Position numbers and translations under genes: made by a program. Below the pieces are notes generated by a model, which saw nothing but the letters and a program-made list of their open reading frames with translations, searched no databases and had not been told where the DNA came from. From assembly GCA_965223465.1 (NCBI GenBank), contig OZ245025.1:722718-786717 (forward strand): a stretch of 64,000 bases of DNA, in the 5' to 3' direction. The DNA comes from Candidatus Poriferihabitaceae bacterium (GTDB taxonomy: Bacteria > Pseudomonadota > Gammaproteobacteria > Arenicellales > Poriferihabitantaceae). Below, piece by piece: positions 26,550 to 34,415 of this stretch (position 1 is its first letter; every line of letters starts with the position of its first letter).

Positions 26550-26903
26550 ATCTATTCTTGACTTATTGTATGGTGATAATTCGATTTATTTGAATTGGAG
26601 TAGCCATAAAGTATTGCTGTAAATATAGTAATGAAAGTCTTTCCTAAATTAGGGAGTACTTAAACATTTTATGAGGCAGCATTGGGATACAATGGATTAT
26701 ATGAATGCTTATTGTATACACAGAGCGGCCATTTCTAATCCTTAATTGAAATGAAAATCATATCATTTGATGTGACTTTATTAACTGAATATATGTCATT
26801 AAAAAATGGCGTCATGCGTCAATAAATAGGCGTGATTCGTAAATTTGTCATTTAGTGAATCCACTAAAATATTCCTCAAGATACATATTCTAGAGGAATG
26901 AAA

Positions 26904-28505
26904 ATGAACGTTGAAAGCGCATTCGCTCAACTAAATCCACAGCATTGGGCAGAAACATCTGTCATTGAGCGCCTCTCACTAATCGAGCAAATTCAGGATA
27001 ATCTGAAAAAGTACGCTATAGAACTGGGAGAGACTGATGCAAAAATGAAAAATGCCTTGATCGGTGAACAATTCATCACTTCTGCCGAAGGCATGGGTAC
27101 AACCGTCAACCCAATGGGCATGACCCTTAAGGGTATTCAGCGTCTGTATGAGTCACTGGCACATGGTTCAATGCCAGAACCTTTGGGTATTAAACCATTG
27201 GACGGAGATATTTATCAGGTCAAAGTTTACCCGGTGTACCGTAAAGACAAATTGATGGCGGGTAAACAAAAAGGTTATCTGCATGTAAAAGGAAAACCAA
27301 AACAGATTAACCCATTGGATAAGCCTGCCGGGATTATTGCTGTTTCAGGAGCAGGAAATTACAGCTCGTCTATTGAAATGGTGATGGCTCTTTTTCTGGA
27401 AAACAAGGCAGTCATTCACAAACCACATCAACTCAATGAGGCCACTGATCGTATCTGGGAAAAAGTCTTTGCACCCCTGATTGAACGCAAGGCAATGGCT
27501 TTTATCGGTGCTGACCAGGGGCGGGAAATGTCTGCCCTGGAAGGTTTGCACTCCATTTACTTCACAGGCTCAACAGGCGTGGCCCATGCTATTCAGGATG
27601 CTGCCAGTGCGCCATTGGTGTCTGAGTGTGGCGGAAATAACCCCTGTATTGTTGTGCCTGGTGATCGCCCTTGGACAAATAAGGAGCTTAAGCATCATGC
27701 CATTATGATAGTGTCCGCCGGTAAACTAAATGGTGGCGCCGTCTGTGGTCGTCCGCAGACCATCATCACCAGCAAAAACTGGCCTCAACGTGAAGCATTT
27801 TTAGATGCTATTCGCAAAGCCATTAGTGAAGATACTTTTGCCACCGGTACCTATTATCCAGGCGTTGACAAGACCAAAGCCACCTTTATTGAGCACCAGC
27901 CTTCAGCAGAAGTCCTGCAGCCAGAGGGTGGTAAACATCCGTCAGGCGAAGTGGTATTTATTCCCAGTGTGGGAGAAGACGATTTTGCCGTTCACAACGA
28001 AGCGTTTTGCCAGATTTTCAGCGAAGTACCACTGGACACGGCTAACGAGACGGATGATTTCCTCACCAAAGCCACCGACTTTTGTAACAACAAACTACTG
28101 GGTTCATTGGGCTGCATGATATTGGTGGATAACAAGACCTTTAAAGCACATGAAGAAAGGGTGCATCGGGCAGTTAATGAACTCAATTATGGCGGTATTT
28201 CCGTCAACAATATTCCCCCCAATATCTGGCTGAATGCCTACCTGACCTGGGGCGGCTGCGGTGAAACCACCGAAAACTTTGTCTCCGGTGTCGGAAATTT
28301 TGGTAATGCCTTTAACTTTGAGAATGTTGTTAAGTCGGTCATTATCGATGAATTCGGTGCAACGGCCTTTGCGCTGACCCATCGCAAACAGTTTGAGCAC
28401 CTTCTGGTTAATGCCTCCCTGTTTGCTGTGGATCAAAGTTGGGGACAATTTGCCAAACTGGCAGGGCAGATGGCCGTTGATAGCCTGCATAAAAAGGATT
28501 TCTAA
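26904..28505 (+). CDS. Aldehyde dehydrogenase superfamily protein (long, atypical)
   Basis: About 533 aa. VSECGGNNPCIV corresponds to the ELGGK(S/N)P Glu motif, with a downstream GGAVCG Cys context. Start taken at the ATG at 26904 (better SD spacing than 26898). Confidence 0.75.
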   Translation: MNVESAFAQLNPQHWAETSVIERLSLIEQIQDNLKKYAIELGETDAKMKNALIGEQFITSAEGMGTTVNPMGMTLKGIQRLYESLAHGSMPEPLGIKPLDGDIYQVKVYPVYRKDKLMAGKQKGYLHVKGKPKQINPLDKPAGIIAVSGAGNYSSSIEMVMALFLENKAVIHKPHQLNEATDRIWEKVFAPLIERKAMAFIGADQGREMSALEGLHSIYFTGSTGVAHAIQDAASAPLVSECGGNNPCIVVPGDRPWTNKELKHHAIMIVSAGKLNGGAVCGRPQTIITSKNWPQREAFLDAIRKAISEDTFATGTYYPGVDKTKATFIEHQPSAEVLQPEGGKHPSGEVVFIPSVGEDDFAVHNEAFCQIFSEVPLDTANETDDFLTKATDFCNNKLLGSLGCMILVDNKTFKAHEERVHRAVNELNYGGISVNNIPPNIWLNAYLTWGGCGETTENFVSGVGNFGNAFNFENVVKSVIIDEFGATAFALTHRKQFEHLLVNASLFAVDQSWGQFAKLAGQMAVDSLHKKDF

Positions 28506-28649
28506 GGGTGCAGTTATGAGTCATAAGCATGTTATCTGGTGTGATGAGGCTACACTCTCGAAAGATTTAAGCGGTAACGTCTATATAGTGACGGGCGCTA
28601 ATTCCGGAGTAGGTCTCGAAACAACCCGACAATTAGTTAAACAAGGTGG

Positions 28650-28881
28650 GCATGTTGTCATGGCATGCCGCAGACCTGATGCCGGACACGAAGCAGCCAA
28701 GTTATTTGATGGTTTGCGAGGTAGCTTTGAGGTAATCAAGTGCGACCTGGCTGACCTGCAATCAGTACGTGACTTCGTCACTGCTTTTAAAGCCAGCCAA
28801 AGTCGCCTCGATGGTCTGATGTGCAACGCCGGAATGGTCTCGATGAAAAGCGAACCCCAATATACCGGTGATGGTTTTGAA
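28650..28881 (+). repeat. 232-bp direct repeat, copy 1
   Basis: As far as I can read, identical base for base to 28957-29188 (GCATGTTGTCATGGCATGCCGCAG ... GGTGATGGTTTTGAA). Confidence 0.9.
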
Positions 28882-28956
28882 GGCTGTCAACGGTACAATG
28901 AAAAACTTAACCGAGGACTAACTCTAAAACTGGACTCGTTCTGTGGGGCAGGTCAA

Positions 28957-29188
28957 GCATGTTGTCATGGCATGCCGCAGACCTGATGCCGGACACGAAG
29001 CAGCCAAGTTATTTGATGGTTTGCGAGGTAGCTTTGAGGTAATCAAGTGCGACCTGGCTGACCTGCAATCAGTACGTGACTTCGTCACTGCTTTTAAAGC
29101 CAGCCAAAGTCGCCTCGATGGTCTGATGTGCAACGCCGGAATGGTCTCGATGAAAAGCGAACCCCAATATACCGGTGATGGTTTTGAA
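28957..29188 (+). repeat. 232-bp direct repeat, copy 2
   Basis: See copy 1. The copies are separated by 75 bp of non-duplicated filler (28882-28956). Confidence 0.9.
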
Positions 29189-29799
29189 ATAACCATGGCA
29201 GCCAGCTTTTTTGGTCATTTTCTGATGACCGAGTTGCTACTGGATACCCTAAAGCAATCAGCGCCTTCAAGAATGGCGATTATCTCATCGGTTGTCCATG
29301 CCGGAAGTCCGAAAAACCGGCCGCGTGTGCATCTAGATGATCTGCATTTTAAAAACCGCAAGTTCAACAATTTTGCCGCCTACGCTGAAGCCAAGGTCGC
29401 TGCAAACCTCTATGCTTTGGAACTGGCGGATCGGCTTGCTGGAACGGGTGTGACTACAGCTTCCGTTCATCCGGGCTGGGCGCGGTCCAACTTTGGCAGT
29501 GGTGGCAATATTCTGATGCGTACGCTAATGGTCATTGCCAGACCATTAACCCGTTCGATGAGTAACAGTAATTGGGAGTCGGCCCAAACCTCACTCCACT
29601 GTCTGTTGTCTGATGATGCCGCAAAACATTCAGGCGCTTACTTCAGCCAGCATAGCGTATTATATCGTGATAAGGAATGCCGCAAAGGGGGCTGGCCGAT
29701 GGAATCTCTTAACCCCTATGCTAAAGACATGGAAATGGCAAAAGCACTGGTAGAAAAGGCAGCTCAATTAACCGGATTAGATAAAGAGGACACACATTC

Positions 29800-30620
29800 A
29801 TGAACAAAACTATTTTAATTACTGGATGCAGCACTGGCATAGGCCGCATGACGGCCAAATATTTTCAGGAAAAAGGCTGGAACGTCATCGCCACTGTGCG
29901 CAACAACCCGCAAGATGATGCTGAACTGAACGCATTAGACAATGTATTCGTAGTCGCACTCGATGTGACAAATGAAGCAACCATAAATGCCGCCGTGACA
30001 GCCAGTCTGGAACGTTTCGGGAAAATTGATGTACTGTAAATAATGCAGGTTACGGTTCTTATGGTTTATTGGAATCAACACCGGAACACAAAATAAGAAT
30101 GCAATTTGATGTGAATGTCATTGGGGCATTGATGGTAAGCAAGGCCGTTATCCCACATATGCGTAGACAAGGTGAAGGCACGATTATCAATATCTCATCA
30201 ATGGGTGGGAAGATTACTTTCCCACTAGGCACGTTGTATCACGGCTCCAAGTTTGCGGTGGAGGGCATGACTGAAGCTTTGTCCTACGAGCTGGAAGCTA
30301 TTGGTATCAGGGTTAAACTGATCGAACCAGGCATGATAAATACCAATTTCGCGGAAACGACTGCCAAAGGTATGGATGTCGATCCGACTCTGACAGAGTA
30401 TCAGGAATTTTTAGGGAAAGTCATGGCAGGCATGGAACAGGCGAGTTCTAATTATTCGGAGCCTGTTATTGTCGCCGAAGCAATTTATCAGGCAGCAACC
30501 GATGGCTCTGATCAAATGCGCTATATCGCCGGTCCGGATGCGGAACAGTTAATTGCAGCGCGTAAACAACTGGATGATGATGCGTATATGGCGATGATGA
30601 AGTCACAAATGGGGCTTTAA
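29800..30620 (+). pseudogene. Classical SDR inactivated by a single-nucleotide frameshift (or a sequencing error)
   Basis: ORF 29800-30039 ends ...GKIDVL*. The next frame continues NNAGYGSYG... from 30039 through YHGSKFAVEG to 30620. One base is missing at about 30037-30038, where GTA CTG (G)TA AAT AAT GCA GGT would read VLVNNAG. Confidence 0.8.
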
Positions 30621-30684
30621 GTTGATTAATTCTGGGCGTGGTTAACGATTATGAAGCCCCAGCCTTTGTTTTGAAAAAAACACC

Positions 30685-31101
30685 ATGAAATTATTTACCG
30701 TTGTGATTTATATTTTGGCCGTGATTTGTCTGATCACTGGAGCCAGTGATTTCTTAGGGGGACTCAGCAACTTGAAAGGCATGGGTGCAAACCTGAGTGA
30801 GGCGGGCTTCGCCGATCCGATAACAGACAATGTTCTACGTTTCTTTGCCGGAATTTGGATTGGCGTAGGCGTTCTGTTTGTTCTTTTTCTGAGAGACCTC
30901 GAACGGTATAAACCTGCTATGTTGACATTAATGGGCATTGTTTTTTTGGGCGGAATCGGCAGAATCATTTCGATTATGCAGCATGGAATGCCCGATAATC
31001 CCATTGGGTCGGCGGTCATTACTGTCGGATTAATCGTCGAAATAGGGCTAATGCCCTTGCTAGCCTGGTGGCTGGCATGCCACCATAACAAGGCAAACTA
31101 A
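30685..31101 (+). CDS. Small four-TM membrane protein (DUF4345-like)
   Basis: 138 aa with four hydrophobic helices. The family assignment is from memory of DUF4345 architecture only. Confidence 0.5.
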   Translation: MKLFTVVIYILAVICLITGASDFLGGLSNLKGMGANLSEAGFADPITDNVLRFFAGIWIGVGVLFVLFLRDLERYKPAMLTLMGIVFLGGIGRIISIMQHGMPDNPIGSAVITVGLIVEIGLMPLLAWWLACHHNKAN

Positions 31102-31117
31102 ATTTAAGGGATACTCC

Positions 31118-32098
31118 ATGACCGGGAAATTTATCGTCGATATGAGCTGGGAGGTGCTGCTTAAGGATCTTGGATTAAGAGCTGCTGATCTTCTGCGCCG
31201 CGCCCATCTCCCAGAGGACCTATTCGCCCAGAAGCATCCTGCTCTGACAAAAGAGCAGTATTTCAGGTTATGGGATAGTTTTGAGGTTGCTATGGATACG
31301 GATGATTGGCCGCTACAACTGGTGCAGGCTGTTACTCCTGAGAGCTTCAGTCCACCACTATTCGCCGCCTTATGCAGCCCAAACCTGGAAGCAGCTCTAC
31401 AACGTCTAAGTGAGTTCAAACCGCTGATCGGACCAATGCGCCTGCCTTTACACAAGACTTCTGAAGGCTTGTGCGCCACATTTGAAGTGATTGGTGCTGA
31501 GCGGGACATTCCACCCGCATTGGTGGCAATGGAATTGGCGTTTTTAGTCAATCTGGCGCGTATTGCTACCAGAGAGCGAGTGGTACCACTACAGGTTACT
31601 TGCACAACCCCCATGGGACAGCCTTATAACGATTATTTTGGTGTTATTCCAATAAACGGTCAACGAAATAGTGTAGAGTTTGCTAATACAGATCTGAAAC
31701 TTCCGTTTTTAACGAGTAACGCTGGAATGTGGGAGTTCTTTGAACCGCAATTACGACAACGTTTACAGGACATGCAGGCCGACAGTGGAACCAGTCAACG
31801 AGTACATAGTGTGCTATTAGAACTGTTGCCTGCCGGAAAAAGTTCAATTGAAGAAGTTGCCGCTAAACTAGCGATGAGTAAACGGACATTGCAACGCAAG
31901 CTACAGTCGGAAAACACAAATTTTCAAGATATTTTGCAATCCGTGCGTACCCAGCTGGCTAAACACTATTTGAAACATAAACGAGTTACTAGTCTAGAAA
32001 TCGCCTTGTTGTTGGGATTCGACTCTCAAAGTGCATTCATCCGAGCGTTTACAGGATGGGTTGGGATTTCTCCAGAAAAATACCGAAGCGCACACTAA
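31118..32098 (+). CDS. AraC-family regulator with an N-terminal ligand-binding (Arabinose_bd-type) domain
   Basis: C-terminal HTH (SIEEVAAKLAMSKRTLQRKLQSENTNFQDILQSVRTQLAKHYL...LLLGFDSQSAFIRAFTGWVGISP). 326 aa. Confidence 0.85.
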   Translation: MTGKFIVDMSWEVLLKDLGLRAADLLRRAHLPEDLFAQKHPALTKEQYFRLWDSFEVAMDTDDWPLQLVQAVTPESFSPPLFAALCSPNLEAALQRLSEFKPLIGPMRLPLHKTSEGLCATFEVIGAERDIPPALVAMELAFLVNLARIATRERVVPLQVTCTTPMGQPYNDYFGVIPINGQRNSVEFANTDLKLPFLTSNAGMWEFFEPQLRQRLQDMQADSGTSQRVHSVLLELLPAGKSSIEEVAAKLAMSKRTLQRKLQSENTNFQDILQSVRTQLAKHYLKHKRVTSLEIALLLGFDSQSAFIRAFTGWVGISPEKYRSAH

Positions 32099-32641
32099 GT
32101 CAAAACTTAACTGTTCCAAATTGAAATTCAAGTAGTTCGCATTACAGTACACTTTGATTGCAACGATGGACATCCAGCCAATTCATTAAATGAATTATTT
32201 CCTACGCCACTAAAAATCAATAACTTACGAAGAGCGTTTCCAACTAAAATATTAAACTCAAGAAAGATATACAGAAATATTCGCAAAATTTGGTTTTCCA
32301 ACTAATTCATTAAACTTTTTAACCATTATCTGTATTTCTTTGCTGCCAGGGTTATTTAAAAAGCTCAACCTTATTGTAGGTTTGTCCCTAGAGAGAAAAC
32401 CAGTTCAGCCCCGAACTATTGAATATACATTTTGCAAAAATGTGCGTTATATCACATATTTCTGCATTAGATATATCGTAGGCTGGAAGGTATAGATTTC
32501 ATTTCTACCCACACTACCAACTCACGTAGGCACCATTGGACATGACCGTAAAAGCGTAGCGTTTAGAAGAAACCAATTAATGATAGTACTAGAGCGACAT
32601 AACAATGGATAGCACTAATAATTGCTCGGTACGCAGGAAAT

Positions 32642-33127
32642 ATGAGCCAGTTTACTGAAGCTTTAGTGGTAACGCCACTTGCAGACGGAAAATCATGGAT
32701 TATAGTAAGTGATTTTGGGTATGGTGTTGGCGCTGAAAATAGTACCGATAGAGTGTCTGTGGAGAAGGGGTTTGCTACAGATTTCGCTTCAGTACCCAGG
32801 GTTCTTTGGTGGGTTCTACCAAAGTGGGGCGTTTATGGCAATGCAGCTGTTATTCACGACTGGTTATATTGGCGCCAAGATCGAGACAGAAAACAGTCGG
32901 ATGACATTATGCTAGAGGCTATGTCGGTCCTAAATGTACCAGGACTTAAAAAGCAACTCATTTATCGAGCTGTCAGAGTGTGTGGCGGATGGGCATGGAA
33001 TAGAAATAAATGGGATAAAGAAGCAGGTTTAGATCGTGTTTTTAGATCTGATGACATCGCATTCTCAGTGAAGATCGACAGGCCAGGCATATTCATGCGT
33101 ACGATTAAACAATTGCGGGTTGCATAG
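32642..33127 (+). CDS. DUF1353 domain protein
   Basis: GFATDFASVPRVLWWVLPKWGVYGNAAVIHDWLYW matches the conserved DUF1353 core as I remember it. The gene is isolated between two ORF-free regions of 400-550 bp, the upstream one clearly AT-rich by eye. Confidence 0.7.
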   Translation: MSQFTEALVVTPLADGKSWIIVSDFGYGVGAENSTDRVSVEKGFATDFASVPRVLWWVLPKWGVYGNAAVIHDWLYWRQDRDRKQSDDIMLEAMSVLNVPGLKKQLIYRAVRVCGGWAWNRNKWDKEAGLDRVFRSDDIAFSVKIDRPGIFMRTIKQLRVA

Positions 33128-33553
33128 CAGGACTATTCATTACTGACGTAGAAGTCCACACACAGGCGCAACTTTGTGCGTTCGATTAAAGGGCGGGCAA
33201 ATAGGAGGTCGAGGTCGGAGCGCGCCATATCCTTTCTTATCTGGGTAAGAACCTAAGCTCTGGTTGCTAACTTTAACGTTTTAGTTTGAATTATCGGACT
33301 TTAGTTAGAAAACTTTAAATATTCAGTTGTATGTCCACAAAAGAATCATACAGCATATACTCATAACTTTACATAATATACATTATGCGCATTTATATTA
33401 TGCTCATTAGACACCTCTCCTCTGAGCACTATCTTCATGGTTTTCAGTAACCAATCTTTTGTGCGCTCAAGATTTGGAGGATTTTAGGTGGTATTCTGGA
33501 TATTATAGACACCAGTGAGTTTTCTACATTGGCTTCACATAATTCATTATCTA

Positions 33554-33952
33554 ATGAGACATACAAACATAAATATTGACTCGCATATTGTTTTTCTTGC
33601 AACCACAGATCTCCGCAAGACTGCTGAGTTTTATGAAGTGAAATTAGGCCTGACGTTAGCGCTTGATCAAGGAAAGTGCAGGATTTATCAGGTTTCGCAC
33701 GAGGCCTATATCGGATTTTGTATTAAGACAGAAATGCCATCAGTTGAAGGTGTTATTGTGACTATTGTGACGGAACAAGTTGATGAGTACTACGATCAAC
33801 TCTGTGCGCGAGGCGTTATTTTTGAAAAACCACCTGTTTACAATGCAGAATACGATATTTATCATTGTTTTTTAAGAGATCCAAATGGATATCTAGTGGA
33901 AATTCAACGATTTAACGATCCTCGTTGGAAAACGGTAGCTGAATCGAGCTGA
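33554..33952 (+). CDS. VOC (glyoxalase/bleomycin-resistance/dioxygenase) family protein
   Basis: About 132 aa. The pattern IVFLATTDLRKTAEFYEVKLGL....D......Y.........F ... FLRDPNGYLVEI is typical of VOC. Start chosen at the ATG at 33554. Confidence 0.75.
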   Translation: MRHTNINIDSHIVFLATTDLRKTAEFYEVKLGLTLALDQGKCRIYQVSHEAYIGFCIKTEMPSVEGVIVTIVTEQVDEYYDQLCARGVIFEKPPVYNAEYDIYHCFLRDPNGYLVEIQRFNDPRWKTVAESS

Positions 33953-34019
33953 AATTGAAGCCCCAACATTCCGAGCCCTGTAAACTGATTTCAACGGATT
34001 AAGTAAGCGCCCTTTGGGT

Positions 34020-34262
34020 CTATGCTCTAGCAAATAACCAGTTAAATTGGCTTCTTAACACACTGATCACTGATTTAACCAGCATCGTGACAACTTTTAT
34101 GGCGACCGCGAAGGTTAAGGCGAACATCGCCAACGCGATGAGAATCATAGCGATTGTTGTGGTTTCCTCGGTGCCGTTAGATACGCCCTGGTGAGACGAT
34201 TTAACTGGGTAAACCAGTTTCTTTTTAGCAACGTCTTTACATTTAAGTGCTAAATATTCCAT
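34020..34262 (-). CDS. Hypothetical small single-pass membrane protein
   Basis: 80-aa ORF with one strong hydrophobic helix (TTIAMILIALAMFALTFAVAIKVVTML). No family recognised. Confidence 0.35.
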   Translation of the reverse strand: MEYLALKCKDVAKKKLVYPVKSSHQGVSNGTEETTTIAMILIALAMFALTFAVAIKVVTMLVKSVISVLRSQFNWLFARA

Positions 34263-34415
34263 GATAGTAACTCCTGCGTCTGCCCTACTAAACTTTACTT
34301 GGGTTTTAGACTACCGCAGATTCGCGCGGACGTATGTGGCTTCAACCACATTTTCAACACTAAACGGTATTAATGGCTATTCTGGGTCTATGATTTAATT
34401 TTTAGTACCCCCGTT

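Larger units (their letters stand above)
28516..29803 (+). pseudogene. Retinol-dehydrogenase-like SDR disrupted by a 307-bp insertion/duplication
   Basis: The N-terminal part (28516-28986: VTGANSGVGLETTRQL...) and the C-terminal part (28943-29803: ...YAEAKVAANL...) are in different frames. Deleting 307 bp restores a single 327-codon ORF. Confidence 0.8.

Noticed and set aside
28650-29188. The 232-bp repeat pair as a diversity-generating retroelement (template repeat / variable repeat).
   Set aside because: The two copies are identical, with no adenine-specific differences. No reverse transcriptase or accessory gene exists in the window, and the repeats lie in tandem inside one ordinary SDR gene.
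32642-34262. DUF1353 / VOC / small-ORF series as chromosomal integron cassettes.
   Set aside because: There is no intI gene. I found no paired RYYYAAC...GTTRRRY attC-like sites with complementary arms after the stops. The isolated GCCCCAAC and GTTAAAT words near 33962 and 34041 are not complementary.
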